Positions 10,037 through 20,990 are shown, numbered from the stretch's first letter. The stretch is 64,000 nucleotides of DNA from an uncultured Candidatus Binatia bacterium (GCA_965214605.1 OZ243961.1:160001-224000); one strand, 5' to 3'. Program-made: numbers and translations. The notes: generated by a model from the sequence alone, not told the origin.

Positions 10037-11542
10037 TTACCGTAAAGCCTCACGCCAGCTCGTCGAACGCCAGGCCGACATCTGACTCCCCTTGCTGTCG
10101 GTGTCGGGCACGCTGCGCTGAACGGTCTGGTCCTTATGATAAGCGGCCAGCGCCGCGGCCGACAGCAGGACTTCCTGATGCAGCGCGTCTTCTTCAAAGG
10201 CCAGGCCGTGGTATTCCTGGGGAATAAAGCCGGTGTCCAGATCGCCCCGGACAAAACGGGGATGCTGGAGCGCCCAACGATGAAACGGAATATTGGTAAT
10301 AATGCCCTCGACAGTATATTCTTGCAGGGCGCGGAGCATGCGCTGAATGGCCTCCTGACGAGTGCTGCCGTGGGTACAGAGCTTGGAGATCATCGGATCG
10401 TAAAAGATCGGCACCTCCCAGCCCTCATAGACACCGCTGTCATCGCGAATGCCGCTCCCGCCCGGCGTCCGTAAGACCTCAATTTTGCCCGGTGAGGGAA
10501 AGAAGTCGCGGGCTGGATCTTCAGCATAAATACGGCACTCGATTGCCCAGCCGTGCTGCCTGATATCTGCTTGCTGCAGGGCGAGACGTTCTCCAGCAGC
10601 GATCTCAATCTGGGCTTTGACCAGATCCACGCCGGTCACTAACTCGGTGACCGGATGCTCGACCTGGATACGCGTGTTCATTTCAAGAAAATAAAAATTC
10701 TGCTGCGCATCAACCAAAAACTCAACCGTGCCAGCCCCGACATAATTGACCGCTTTGGCCGCCTCAACCGCAACCCGACCCATGTGTTCTCGTACCTCGG
10801 TGTTGATCGCGGTCGAGGGCGCTTCTTCAATAACTTTCTGGTGGCGACGTTGCAGCGAGCACTCCCTTTCGTACAGGTGGAGGGTGTGACCATAGTTATC
10901 GGCCAAGACCTGAACCTCAACGTGACGCGGCTTATCGACAAACTTTTCCATATACATGCGGTCATCGCCAAATGAAGACTTGGCTTCGGAACGCACGCCG
11001 CGCAGGGCAGACACGACCTCGTCTTCGGAGCTGACTAGCCGCATGCCTTTCCCACCACCGCCGGCCGAGGCCTTGAACATGACCGGGAAGCCGATGTCTC
11101 GCGCGGCAGCAACGACCTCGTCCTCATCGCCGAGCACATCGGTGCCGGGAACGACCGGGACCTTGGCCTGCTGCATAATGCTACGGGCGGTGACCTTGTC
11201 ACCCATTTGTTCAATCGCTTCAGGACCGGGGCCGATAAAGGTGATATCGGCCTTCTGACACGCGCGGGCAAACGTGGCCCGTTCGGACAGAAAGCCATAG
11301 CCTGGGTGGATAGCCTCGACCCCGCTCTTTTTAGCGACCTCGATAATCTTGTCGATGACCAGATAACTCTCAGCGGACGGTGAGGGACCAATCGGGTAGG
11401 CATAGTCGGCGTATTGGACGTGCAGTGCGGTGCGGTCGGCTTCGGAATACACCGCGACCGTTTCCACACCGAGCTCACGACAGGCGCGAATTACCCGGAC
11501 GGCGATCTCGCCTCGATTGGCAATGAGAATACGTTTGAACAT
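10037..11542 (-). CDS. accC: biotin carboxylase subunit of an acyl-CoA carboxylase
   Basis: RILIANRGEIA, HPGYGFLSE, GGGGKGMR, ERECSLQRRHQK, EMNTRIQVEHPVTE. Confidence 0.95.
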   Translation of the reverse strand: MFKRILIANRGEIAVRVIRACRELGVETVAVYSEADRTALHVQYADYAYPIGPSPSAESYLVIDKIIEVAKKSGVEAIHPGYGFLSERATFARACQKADITFIGPGPEAIEQMGDKVTARSIMQQAKVPVVPGTDVLGDEDEVVAAARDIGFPVMFKASAGGGGKGMRLVSSEDEVVSALRGVRSEAKSSFGDDRMYMEKFVDKPRHVEVQVLADNYGHTLHLYERECSLQRRHQKVIEEAPSTAINTEVREHMGRVAVEAAKAVNYVGAGTVEFLVDAQQNFYFLEMNTRIQVEHPVTELVTGVDLVKAQIEIAAGERLALQQADIRQHGWAIECRIYAEDPARDFFPSPGKIEVLRTPGGSGIRDDSGVYEGWEVPIFYDPMISKLCTHGSTRQEAIQRMLRALQEYTVEGIITNIPFHRWALQHPRFVRGDLDTGFIPQEYHGLAFEEDALHQEVLLSAAALAAYHKDQTVQRSVPDTDSKGSQMSAWRSTSWREALR

Positions 11543-11561
11543 GCTTCTTTCCCCCACTCTT

Positions 11562-13112
11562 CTAGAGCGGAACGTTCCCGTGTTTCTTGGGCGGATTTTT
11601 GTCCCGCTTGTCATGCAGCATGTCGAGCGAGCGGATCAGATGGGGACGGGTATCGGCGGGCATGATGATTTCGTCAATATAGCCCATCTCTGCCGCCTTG
11701 AACGGGTTGGCAAAGGTCCGGCGGTATTCGTCAACGAGCTTTTCGCGCTCGCCATCGGGGTCGTCCGCTTTGCGGATCGCGTTGCGATGAATAATGTTGA
11801 CTGCTCCGTCTGGGCCCATCACGGCGATCTCCGCGGCGGGATAGGCAAAGTTAATATCGCCACCGATTTCTTTGCTCGACATCACGACATAGGCCCCGCC
11901 GTAGGCTTTGCGGGTAATGACCGAGACGAGTGGAACAGTGGCCTCGCAGTAGGCGTACAGCAGTTTGGCCCCGTGGCGAATGATGCCGCCATACTCCTGG
12001 GAGGTGCCCGGCAGGAAACCCGGCACATCGATCAGGGTCACAATCGGAATATTGAAGCAATCACAGAAACGGACAAAACGACCGCCTTTGACCGAGGCGT
12101 CGATGTCGAGCACGCCGGCCAAAAAGGCCGGTTGGTTGGCGACAATGCCAACTGTGCGCCCTCCGAGACGGGCAAAACCGATGACGATATTGCGGGCGTA
12201 GTCTTTTTGCACCTCCAGGAAATAGTTTTCGTCTACCACAGTCGTAATGATGTTTTTGATGTCGTAGGGTTTGTTCGGATTATCTGGAACGAGGCTGTTC
12301 AGCTTTTCATCGCGCCGGTTGGGGTCGTCGTTGGTCGGTCGGATTGGGCTGTCTTCCATATTGTTGCTGGGTAGAAAGCTCAGCAGCTCGCGTATAGTAT
12401 GCAGGCTCTCGCGCTCGTTCGACGAGGCAAAGTGGGCCACCCCGCTCTTGGCATTATGGGTGGAAGCCCCGCCGAGTTCCTGCATGCTGACTTCTTCGTG
12501 GGTCACTGTCCGAATCACCTCCGGGCCGGTAATAAACATATAGCTAGTGTCTTCGACCATAAAGATGAAATCGGTCATGGCCGGAGAGTAGACCGCGCCC
12601 CCGGCGCATGGGCCCATGATGGCTGAAATCTGGGGGATGACGCCCGACGATGAGACGTTGCGGTGAAAGATATTGGCGTAACCGGCCAGACTGGCTACGC
12701 CTTCTTGAATACGCGCCCCGCCCGAGTCGTTAATGCCGATGATTGGGCAGCCGGTCTTGACCGCGAGGTCCATGACCTTGCAGACTTTCTCGGAAAACGC
12801 ACCTGACAGACTGCCCCCAAACACCGTAAAATCCTGGGAGAAGACAAAGACCTGCCGGCCATCAACGTTGCCGTAGCCGGTCACGACCCCGTCGCCCGGT
12901 ATCTTCTGCTTGTCCATGTCAAAGTCGGTGCAGCGGTGAGTTTTAAACCGATCAAGCTCAACAAAGCTGCCTGGGTCGAGGAGCAGATCGATCCGTTCCC
13001 GAGCCGTGAGCTTGCCGAGATCATGTTGGCGCTGAATCCGTGACGGACCGCCTCCCTGAAGAGCTTGTTCGTTACGACGGGTCAATTCGTGTAAGTTTTC
13101 CTGCAAGTCCAT
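11562..13112 (-). CDS. pccB: acyl-CoA (propionyl-CoA-type) carboxylase, carboxyltransferase subunit
   Basis: [55 protein letters not shown]. Confidence 0.93.
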   Translation of the reverse strand: MDLQENLHELTRRNEQALQGGGPSRIQRQHDLGKLTARERIDLLLDPGSFVELDRFKTHRCTDFDMDKQKIPGDGVVTGYGNVDGRQVFVFSQDFTVFGGSLSGAFSEKVCKVMDLAVKTGCPIIGINDSGGARIQEGVASLAGYANIFHRNVSSSGVIPQISAIMGPCAGGAVYSPAMTDFIFMVEDTSYMFITGPEVIRTVTHEEVSMQELGGASTHNAKSGVAHFASSNERESLHTIRELLSFLPSNNMEDSPIRPTNDDPNRRDEKLNSLVPDNPNKPYDIKNIITTVVDENYFLEVQKDYARNIVIGFARLGGRTVGIVANQPAFLAGVLDIDASVKGGRFVRFCDCFNIPIVTLIDVPGFLPGTSQEYGGIIRHGAKLLYAYCEATVPLVSVITRKAYGGAYVVMSSKEIGGDINFAYPAAEIAVMGPDGAVNIIHRNAIRKADDPDGEREKLVDEYRRTFANPFKAAEMGYIDEIIMPADTRPHLIRSLDMLHDKRDKNPPKKHGNVPL

Positions 13113-13244
13113 ACCATCATCCTGCTTTTCTCCCTGCTAAGCTGAGACCCAGATCTTGTAATATGAGGGACGCAAAAGATCAAGGAAGGGTAGGAAAAAG
13201 ACTGAATACTAATGAAGAAGGGGTCTAGCGTTCTCCGTGCAGAT

Positions 13245-13730
13245 TCAGCGTCTCAGCGGGGTGGGGACCCGAACAAACTCTACCCGAGCGCCACGGCTGA
13301 TATCGTGCTGCTCACAAAATCCGGCCTTGACCTCAAGGACAAACTGGGCGGCCTCTCCGGAGGGAATCAGTGTTTCGGAAAACGGGGTGGTGTGTGGGGC
13401 GATGTGAACGATACGACGGGCGGCGTTGATAAAAATAATATCGAGCGACAGGGGGGTGTTTTTCATCCAAAAGGACAGGGCGGCTTCGCTCGGAAATATA
13501 AACAGCATGCCATGTTGGTCGGGCATAGCTGTCCGGTACATCAAGCCGTAGCTGCGTTTTTCCGGGGTATCGGCGATTTCTACACTCACCCGGATCGGGG
13601 CTCTGGTCTGTGAATAGAGGACGACCTCGGGCGACGAGGTGCAGGCGGCGGCCAGGACAAAGATAATGATGCATGGTGAATGACGAACGATGAACGGCGG
13701 AAAAACTTTCGTTTTCCGTTCATCATTCAT
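13245..13730 (-). CDS. DUF192 family protein (start uncertain)
   Basis: VEIADTPEKRSYGLMYR..GMLFIF..FWMKNTPLSLDIIFI..VLEVKAG. Confidence 0.9.
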   Translation of the reverse strand: MNDERKTKVFPPFIVRHSPCIIIFVLAAACTSSPEVVLYSQTRAPIRVSVEIADTPEKRSYGLMYRTAMPDQHGMLFIFPSEAALSFWMKNTPLSLDIIFINAARRIVHIAPHTTPFSETLIPSGEAAQFVLEVKAGFCEQHDISRGARVEFVRVPTPLRR

Positions 13731-13749
13731 CGTTTTGCATGCATCATGT

Positions 13750-14946
13750 TTAGACGGCCTTCTCTTCTTTGAGTCCGGCCAAATCGGCCTGCGTCAGACC
13801 CAACAGCTTGCCTAAGATGTCGGCGTTGTGTTCGCCCAACAGCGGAGCCGGTTTCACTTCGGTTGGCGAGTCTGACAGTTGTACGGCGCAGCCGGGCATG
13901 GTGAAGCTCCCCCGGGTGGGATGTTCGATGGTGGTGATCATGCCGCGCTCTTTCAGCTGCGCGTTCTCCAGAATATCGCCACTATCGAGCACCGCACCGC
14001 ACGGGACGCCCGCCTCGCCCAAGGCTTTCATGACCTCATGCTTGGTGCGCTGAGTGGTCCAGGCCGAGATAATCTCGGTGAGTTCGGCGCCGTGTTTGTT
14101 GCGACTCGACTGATCGGCGAATCTGGGATCGTTCAACAAATCCTCGCGCCCAATAGTTTTGGCTAGAATCTCCCACATCGCTGGAGTGGTGGTAATGATA
14201 AAGGCGTAGTCGTTCGTGCCACCTGGTGCACACGGATACAGATCGGTTGGGGCCAGAGTCGAGACTCGATTGCCGGTGCGGGGAGCCGGGACGCTGCCGT
14301 AATAATGGCCCATCATGCCGATACGGCTGAGATTGACGACCGCGTCTTGCATGGCGACCTCAAGTCGCTGGCCTTTGCCCGTTTTCTCACGTTGTAGCAG
14401 CGCAGCTAGAATGCCGACGGCACAGTGAACACCGGTGCCCGTATCACCGATCGTGGGGCCGGGTCGCAGCGGTGGAGTTTCTGAGGTGCCGGTGATGCTC
14501 ATGGCTCCACCGGTTGCCTGCGCGATCATGTCAAAACTTTTGAAACTCGAATAGGGGCCGTAGGTGCCAAAGCCTTTCACTTGAGCATAGATTATACGGG
14601 GGTTGATCTGAGACACCACATCATAGCCAAGGCCCAGCCCTTGGAGAGCTCCCGGACCGTAGTTTTCGACTAGCACGTCGAAATGGGGAAGGAGTTTTTT
14701 GCACAGCTCCTTGCCTTTTTCGCTTTTCAGGTTGAGCGTTATGCTTTTTTTATTCGCGTTTAACAGCAAAAAGTAGGGCGAATCCAGGCCCGGTTTATCG
14801 GTGATCAGGTAGCGCCCCTGGTCCCCACCTTTGGGCGGTTCAAGCTTGACGACATCCGCCCCAAGAAAGGCCAAAATCTCGGTACACGACGGACCAGCCT
14901 CGAACTGTGTCAGGTCAAGAACTCTAATGTGATCTAAGGCCTGCAT
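13750..14946 (-). CDS. class III CoA-transferase (CaiB/BaiF, formyl-CoA-transferase-like)
   Basis: RVLDLTQFEAGP, NANKKSITLNLK, DVLVENYGPG, GDTGTG, APLLGEHN. Confidence 0.93.
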   Translation of the reverse strand: MQALDHIRVLDLTQFEAGPSCTEILAFLGADVVKLEPPKGGDQGRYLITDKPGLDSPYFLLLNANKKSITLNLKSEKGKELCKKLLPHFDVLVENYGPGALQGLGLGYDVVSQINPRIIYAQVKGFGTYGPYSSFKSFDMIAQATGGAMSITGTSETPPLRPGPTIGDTGTGVHCAVGILAALLQREKTGKGQRLEVAMQDAVVNLSRIGMMGHYYGSVPAPRTGNRVSTLAPTDLYPCAPGGTNDYAFIITTTPAMWEILAKTIGREDLLNDPRFADQSSRNKHGAELTEIISAWTTQRTKHEVMKALGEAGVPCGAVLDSGDILENAQLKERGMITTIEHPTRGSFTMPGCAVQLSDSPTEVKPAPLLGEHNADILGKLLGLTQADLAGLKEEKAV

Positions 14947-15050
14947 GGCTTTCCTCCTTATAGTCACTCATCGTTCATCTCTCCTGACATAGTGGCACAG
15001 CAGGCGGACGTGATGCAAGCAAAGCTTCAACTGTGCTATGCACCCACCCT

Positions 15051-15518
15051 ATGCCAAAAGGGAAGCGCAAATCGGTCCGTTCGCAGTCTGCTCCTCGCCG
15101 TAGACCTCCCCCACGTCATCAGCTCACTCTAGAGGAGGCGCTTACCCGTTTGGGAGTGCCGGGTGTCACCAGTAAAGCGATGTTTGGCGGCCGCTGTTAC
15201 TATGTGGATGCAAAGCCGTTTTCTTTCGTGCTAGGCGATGCCCTAGCCCTGCGCGTATCGCTCCAGCAGTTAGCGGCTGCGCGTAAGCGGGGCGATGGAC
15301 AGATCTTTCATCCAGGCGGCGGTGACTTCATCATGCGTGAGTACCTGGAACTCAGCCCTCACGCCCTGTCTGACGAAGAAAAAATCGACGGCTACGTCCA
15401 GGCCAGCATTCACTTTATGGGCGGGCGGGAAGCGCCACAAGAGGGCCTGACCTGGGAGGATCTGCGCCACGGCCGAGAGAGGCTGTATAAGCAGAAAAAC
15501 GTGAAACCTGAAACATAA
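15051..15518 (+). CDS. TfoX/Sxy N-terminal-domain protein
   Basis: KAMFGGRCYYVD..F..L.LRV..MREY. Confidence 0.75.
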   Translation: MPKGKRKSVRSQSAPRRRPPPRHQLTLEEALTRLGVPGVTSKAMFGGRCYYVDAKPFSFVLGDALALRVSLQQLAAARKRGDGQIFHPGGGDFIMREYLELSPHALSDEEKIDGYVQASIHFMGGREAPQEGLTWEDLRHGRERLYKQKNVKPET

Positions 15519-15545
15519 CTCCCCCCCTGCAAGTGCGGGTGACGC

Positions 15546-16195
15546 CTACGGAATCCTCAACATTTCCCGCGCCTCTGCCGGCGTCGCCACCTCACGCCCC
15601 ATATCTCGCGCTAGCTGGACGAGGCGAGCAACGAGGTGGGCGTTGGTGGGCAACTCCATTTCACGGTAGTTATAGTCGCCTAGGCCGATGGAGACGTGTC
15701 CGCCACGTTCCATGGCCGCGGCTGCACTGGGGAAGAGGTTGCCGCCGTAGGACATAACCGACCACTGCCACGTGTCCGTCTCGGGGATGAAGTCGAGAAA
15801 CGCATTCATCCCCTTGATTGTCCCTGGATGACCGGCCAGAATCCCGCCCTCGGTCAACGCGATTTCGTGTAGAGCGGCTCTTCAAAGAGGCCCATTTCGA
15901 CAAAAGCCTGGGTGTGGCGGACCGAGCTAATATTCCACAGGGCTTGGACGGGTTTGACTCCTGCGTCACGAATCGTGGTGGCGAAATACTGCCGGGTTTT
16001 GGTGGTGTTCAGATAGACGGTGTCGTCGGTTTTGAAGCGTTTGGCCGCGGCGTCGTAGATATCGACGTTGCTGGCGGCCATATCGATCGGCGCACAGTCG
16101 GGTTTGGTAGCGGGGTCTTTGGCCATCTCGACAATGTGCAAGATCCGCTCTTCGGACGACGGCATCCACAATCTGGCCAGTCGCGCCGTAGCACA
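15546..16195 (-). pseudogene. 3-keto-5-aminohexanoate cleavage (BKACE) family, 5'-truncated and frameshifted near 15857
   Basis: KPDCAPIDMAASN..VYLNTT..GVKP..GLFEEPL / GHPGT..GGHVSIGLGD..TNAHLVARLVQLARDMGREVATPAEAREML. Confidence 0.8.
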
Positions 16196-16443
16196 TGATG
16201 CAATCAAGCTGCGACCGCTCAGTATCGACCTCGCCTCCGTTAGAGGTGAACCGCCATCAGTTCTTTGTGCGCCTTGCTCCCTGAGAGACGTCTGGGAGCC
16301 ACCAGGGCGTCTTGCTCCTCCGCTTGGTTGATTTCCATGTCCAAAGAGAATTTGGATGTTGCAATTGATCAATTTTAGCCCTACATATCCTCAGTAAGAA
16401 AATCAAAAAATCATTGTAATATAAATATTTATCGGGTATACAA

Positions 16444-16512
16444 ACCAGTTCTGAAGGGGAATTAGAGGCGGCTTTCCGAAGACCATGACCAGTTCTGAAG
16501 GGGAATTAGAGG
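16444..16512 (+). repeat. two perfect 25-bp direct repeats (ACCAGTTCTGAAGGGGAATTAGAGG), possible CRISPR relic
   Basis: Copies at 16444-16468 and 16488-16512, preceded by an AT-rich tract (~16350-16443). Confidence 0.8.
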
Positions 16513-16521
16513 TCGTCAGCC

Positions 16522-17346
16522 ATGGAGAGCGGGGTCAGTCGAACAGTTCTGGGCACAGTTGGCGGCGCGGTAGCGGCCGCCTTGCTGTCCCTCTTCGGTA
16601 CGCCGCTCGAATGGCTGAAGAACAGCTTGGTCTTTCATCCCGACTCCAGGCTGACGACCTCGCCGGCCGAGTACGGCTTTCAATATGAGGACGTCTGGTT
16701 TGGCGGACCTAACGGCCGTGTCTTACATGGCTGGTATCTCCCCGGCGGATCGGCTCTGTTTGTGTGGTTTCACGGCAATGCTGGAAATATCGGGGACCGG
16801 CTCGATCACGCCCGTCGTTTATCCGACCACCTGGGCGTTGGGCACTTTCTGTTCGATTATCGGGGCTATGGAAACAGCCGAGGCAGGCCGACGATTCCCG
16901 GTTTTCTGGCCGACAGTCGGGCGGCCGTTAGACTGGTCAAGGAAAAAGGCTGGACAGACGGAAAGCAACTCGTGTACATCGGTGAATCGCTCGGCTGTGC
17001 TGCGGTCATTGAGCTTGGCATTGAACAGCCGCCGGACCGGGCGATTCTCCTGGCCCCGTTCTATTCGTTACGGGCAATGGGCGATCTAATACTACCGCCC
17101 CTGGCTTTTGTGGTTGAGAACGATCTGAACACCGCCCGGACGATCACAGACTTCAACCGCCCTCTGCTGGTCATTCACGGCACCGACGATTGGACCATTC
17201 CGTATCATCAAGGTCGGGATTTGTTCGCCTTGGCCAACCCGCCCAAACGGTTCCACCGCGTAGTGGACGGGGGCCATGTCAATTTACACCTGGTCGGTGG
17301 CGAAGCGTACTTTCAAGCGATTGGGGCGTTTCTGGCCGAGTCCTGA
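16522..17346 (+). CDS. alpha/beta hydrolase
   Basis: FHGNAGNI, FDYRGYGNS, GESLG nucleophile, IHGTDD, GGHVN. Confidence 0.92.
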   Translation: MESGVSRTVLGTVGGAVAAALLSLFGTPLEWLKNSLVFHPDSRLTTSPAEYGFQYEDVWFGGPNGRVLHGWYLPGGSALFVWFHGNAGNIGDRLDHARRLSDHLGVGHFLFDYRGYGNSRGRPTIPGFLADSRAAVRLVKEKGWTDGKQLVYIGESLGCAAVIELGIEQPPDRAILLAPFYSLRAMGDLILPPLAFVVENDLNTARTITDFNRPLLVIHGTDDWTIPYHQGRDLFALANPPKRFHRVVDGGHVNLHLVGGEAYFQAIGAFLAES

Positions 17347-17349
17347 AGC

Positions 17350-19002
17350 TCAGTCCGCCTCAACTCGGGCGTCGGGTCGCGGGCTCAGAGTCTCTCCTTC
17401 ACTTGTGGCTACAGCCGCAGTGACTGCCAGGTCTCCTGTGACATTGACCGCCGTCCGACACATGTCCAGCAGCCGGTCGATGCCCAGAATAAGAGCGAGG
17501 CCGGCCATCGGTACCCCGATGGTGGTCAGCACCAGGGCCAGGGTAATCATCCCAGCTCCGGGTACGCCAGCCGCTCCGATGGACGCCATAGTCGCGGTCA
17601 GGACAATGCTGAGCTGAGCTTGTAGAGAGAGGTCGAGTTGAAACACCTGGGCGATAAACACTGCGGCCACGCCCTGATACATAGCCGTGCCGTCCATGTT
17701 GACGGTTGAACCCAGGGGCAGCACAAAGCTCGCGACCGGATTGCTCACCCCCAGCCGCTCTTCGGCGCAGTGAAGTGAAATGGGCAGGGTGGCCGCGGAC
17801 GATGAGGTTGAGAAGGCGATCATCTGGGCTTGGCGGATGGACCGCATAAAAGTGAGCCACGGCAGCCTGACCAGAAAATGGACGAGCCCACCATAGATGA
17901 TCCCGGCGTGGATAGCCAGGCCAAGCACGACGGTTAGGCCATAGGCCAGCAGGGCCTGGAGGATGCTCAAGCCGCTCAGGCCGACCACCTCCGCCACCAG
18001 GGCGGCGACCCCGAATGGGGCCAGCCGCATCACCTGTTCGATGACAATGATCATAGCGTCCTGGACTCGCTCAAAAAAGCTAACGACCGGTTGTGATTTG
18101 TGTTCCTGTGTCTCTTCAGCCCGTCCGAGCAGGGTCAGAGCAATGCCAAATACAATGGCAAAGAAGATAATCTGCAACATATCGCCCTCGGTCATTGAGG
18201 TGACCGGATTGGTCGGAATAATGGACAGCACAGTGTCAACGGTTGAGGGCGCTTCGGCTGCGGCCGAAACCCGGCTGCCGGCGGCTGAATCAAACTGAGC
18301 CAGGAGAGACACACGGTCGGCCTCGTTCAGAAAGTTGCCAGGCTGGATGGTATTGGCGCAAATCAGGCCAATGGTCACGGCTATGGCGGTCGTGGCCAGA
18401 TACAGACCCAGGGTCTTGCTGCCCAGGCGGCCGAGTTTGCGGACATCGCCCAGGCTGGCGACGCCGACGAGGAGGGAGGCGAACACCAGCGGCACGATAA
18501 CCATGCGGATGAGCCGCAGAAAGAGGGCGCCGACCGGACGCAGCCAGGCGAGGACTGTGTCACCAAAGGCGCTGATCGGCTGGGGAGACAGGACAAAGCC
18601 GCCGCCGGCCAGCGGCTGAGCCTCGATCCGTAACCAGCCTTTGACCGGCTGGCCTATTGGCGGTTTGCCGAGGGCGGTGTGGATTGCGCCCGAGGTGTCG
18701 TGCAAGGCGAGCGAGCGGGTATACACAAAATGACCTCTGACCCAGACCGGGATGTCGCTCGCCCGTCCGTTCTCATCTAGGCGGGCCTCGGTCACCGTTT
18801 CCTCAGCCATGAAGCGCAGCTCAGCCCCACTGGGCAGACCAACTGCCGAGTCTGCGTCGTCGCGGTCACGCTGAAAATGGGCCTGGGAAGCGTCGGCGAC
18901 TTTATAGAGATTGGGGCTGAGGAGGGGAGAGTTTGGTCCTAGTGTGAGGCCGATGACTACTCCCACCACCATACCGATAAGAATTTTAGTGTACAGCTGC
19001 AT
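17350..19002 (-). CDS. dicarboxylate/amino acid:cation symporter (DAACS) with an extra soluble domain
   Basis: AFSTSSSAATLP, LPLGSTVNMDGT, GAAGVPGAG, DRLLDMCRTAVNVTGD; ~120-aa insert after TM1. Confidence 0.93.
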   Translation of the reverse strand: MQLYTKILIGMVVGVVIGLTLGPNSPLLSPNLYKVADASQAHFQRDRDDADSAVGLPSGAELRFMAEETVTEARLDENGRASDIPVWVRGHFVYTRSLALHDTSGAIHTALGKPPIGQPVKGWLRIEAQPLAGGGFVLSPQPISAFGDTVLAWLRPVGALFLRLIRMVIVPLVFASLLVGVASLGDVRKLGRLGSKTLGLYLATTAIAVTIGLICANTIQPGNFLNEADRVSLLAQFDSAAGSRVSAAAEAPSTVDTVLSIIPTNPVTSMTEGDMLQIIFFAIVFGIALTLLGRAEETQEHKSQPVVSFFERVQDAMIIVIEQVMRLAPFGVAALVAEVVGLSGLSILQALLAYGLTVVLGLAIHAGIIYGGLVHFLVRLPWLTFMRSIRQAQMIAFSTSSSAATLPISLHCAEERLGVSNPVASFVLPLGSTVNMDGTAMYQGVAAVFIAQVFQLDLSLQAQLSIVLTATMASIGAAGVPGAGMITLALVLTTIGVPMAGLALILGIDRLLDMCRTAVNVTGDLAVTAAVATSEGETLSPRPDARVEAD

Positions 19003-19422
19003 AGTGCTGCAGCATACTTGGCGGCTCGGCGTGCGCAAGGTCCCGGGTGTTTTTCAGAGCGTCACGTTCTTTTTGAGGAAGCAAGCGTCGTAAAAAGCCA
19101 AAGATCTGGGGTCGTGACAGAACTGATTGCGGCAGTTCCACAGACAGCCGCAGCAACTCACCTCTCCTGGACCGCCATCTCCTCCGCCGCACCTGTACCG
19201 TTATCTCCTCGGTCACTCGGAGCACCTCTTGCAAGTGCCCACCCACACCTGCGGACATGGTCTGCCCCATCTGGTAGATCACCAAACAGGACCAAAGCGG
19301 GCTCTCTATTGCAGCGTGGTATCATCAGCCCTCAAAGCCTTGTCTTCTCACACTGAGGCCAGCGCTGGCCCCCTCTAGGAGGATACACAAGAGGCAGAGC
19401 CACAAGTGCTGAGTCCCCGCTC

Positions 19423-20154
19423 TTAGGCCAACGCTCTTCCCCCATCAACGTGGAAGCTTGCTCCGGTACTATAGTCCGACTCGGCGACAAAGACGACGAC
19501 TTGGGCTACGTCTTCCGGGCTGCCCGCTCGTTTGACCAAGGTTTTCTCAATTTCTCGCTGCCGAACGCTGTTGGGCGTCTCCTCCTGAAATAAGACTGGA
19601 CCGGGAATAATCGCGTTGACCATCACCTGGGGGGCGAGTTCCATGGCTAAGCCTTGAGTAAAGGTCAGCACACAAGCTTTTGATACCGAATAGGGAATGT
19701 AATCGGCCCAGGGTCGCAGACCCGCCACGTCCGCGATATTGATAATATGTCCCCAGCCCCATTCCCGCATGCGCAGGCCAATTTTATGGGCGCACAGAAA
19801 GGTCCCAGTCAGATTCACGTCCATAATCCGCTCCCAGTCTTCTATACTGAGCGTCTCAACCGGGGTGCGATAGAACAGCGCGGCATTGTTGACTAAGATA
19901 TCAATGCGGCCGAAGCGCGAGATCGCCGCTTCAATCATGTCTTCAACTTGGTTTTCCTTGGAGACATCAGCCTGAAGCGCGAGTGCCTGATGGCCGGCGG
20001 CCCGGAGCTGGCGAACGGTGTCCTCGGCCTGGGTTTGCGAGCGATGGTAGTGGACAATGACGTGACAGCCCCGGGCGGCTAGCGCCTCAACGATCGCCTT
20101 ACCGACCCGTTTTGCGCCGCCGGTGACAAGAGCGATTTTACCGGAAATGTCCAT
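19423..20154 (-). CDS. short-chain dehydrogenase (pteridine-reductase-like)
   Basis: TGGAKRVG, NNAALF, YSVSK, VNAIIPG. Confidence 0.88.
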   Translation of the reverse strand: MDISGKIALVTGGAKRVGKAIVEALAARGCHVIVHYHRSQTQAEDTVRQLRAAGHQALALQADVSKENQVEDMIEAAISRFGRIDILVNNAALFYRTPVETLSIEDWERIMDVNLTGTFLCAHKIGLRMREWGWGHIINIADVAGLRPWADYIPYSVSKACVLTFTQGLAMELAPQVMVNAIIPGPVLFQEETPNSVRQREIEKTLVKRAGSPEDVAQVVVFVAESDYSTGASFHVDGGRALA

Positions 20155-20892
20155 TTACGCCTTGAAGGGATCGTGTTGGGGGTGCAGGACGAGTTCGACC
20201 GGACAGCAGCCCGGGGGCAACATCACGACCTGATAGACGGCTTCGGCCACATCGTCGGGGCTGAGCATTTTGCGGCGCGTGAGCCGTTTATTAGCTGGGA
20301 TCATAGCCGTGTCGACATAGCCTGGATAGATCGTTGAGACCTTGATCCCTTTTTCCCGGACTTCTTCGAGCAGAGCTTGGCCAAAGCCTCTGACTCCAAA
20401 CTTAGCCGCCGCGTACGCGGCTTCGCCAGCTCTGCCAACCAGACCGGCCTGCGAGCAGATATTGATGATCGTTCCCTGCTGTCGGGCGATCATGACGGGC
20501 AGCACGAGCTTCGAGACCAGCATCGTTGCCCATAAATTGGTCCGTAGCGTGACGTCCCAGTCGGCTCGCCGCGCTTTGACAACCGGGGTGCGCGGTGGGC
20601 CGCCGCCGGCATTGTTCACGACAATATCAAGGTGCCCGAAACGCGAGAGCGCGGTTTCGACCAGGGCTTTGGTCTGGCCGTCCTCGGTCAGGTCGGTTGG
20701 GAGAGGCAGAGTGTCAACGCCGCACTGCTGGACAAGACTCACCGTCTCGCCCAGCTGGCTTGCGGTACGGGCCGCCAGAACAAGTGCGATACCGGCCCGC
20801 GCGAAGCGGCACGCAATCGCTCGGCCTATCCCCCGTCCCGCACCCGTAATCAGAGCAACCTGCCCGGTCGCTTTGTGCGCTGCAGCGGACAT
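20155..20892 (-). CDS. short-chain dehydrogenase/reductase
   Basis: TGAGRGIG, NNAG, YAAAK. Confidence 0.9.
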   Translation of the reverse strand: MSAAAHKATGQVALITGAGRGIGRAIACRFARAGIALVLAARTASQLGETVSLVQQCGVDTLPLPTDLTEDGQTKALVETALSRFGHLDIVVNNAGGGPPRTPVVKARRADWDVTLRTNLWATMLVSKLVLPVMIARQQGTIINICSQAGLVGRAGEAAYAAAKFGVRGFGQALLEEVREKGIKVSTIYPGYVDTAMIPANKRLTRRKMLSPDDVAEAVYQVVMLPPGCCPVELVLHPQHDPFKA

Positions 20893-20990
20893 TTTATTGC
20901 TTTTAGCATGGGAGGACGCTAGTATCCAAGCCGTGCTGCGCATGACGCAGTCTGTGAACATTTCAGGGTATGTACTATTAAGGAGGAAGT

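Noticed and set aside
13676-13745. GATGAAC/GTTCATC-rich inverted repeat as a MITE or ncRNA
   Set aside because: Short, with no convincing second full copy or target duplication; more likely a terminator-like hairpin
16444-16512. Calling this a functional CRISPR array
   Set aside because: Only two repeats, a 19-nt gap and no cas genes; kept only as a possible relic
18986-19400. Small ORFs between the DAACS and SDR genes
   Set aside because: Conflicting frames with no motif or clear RBS
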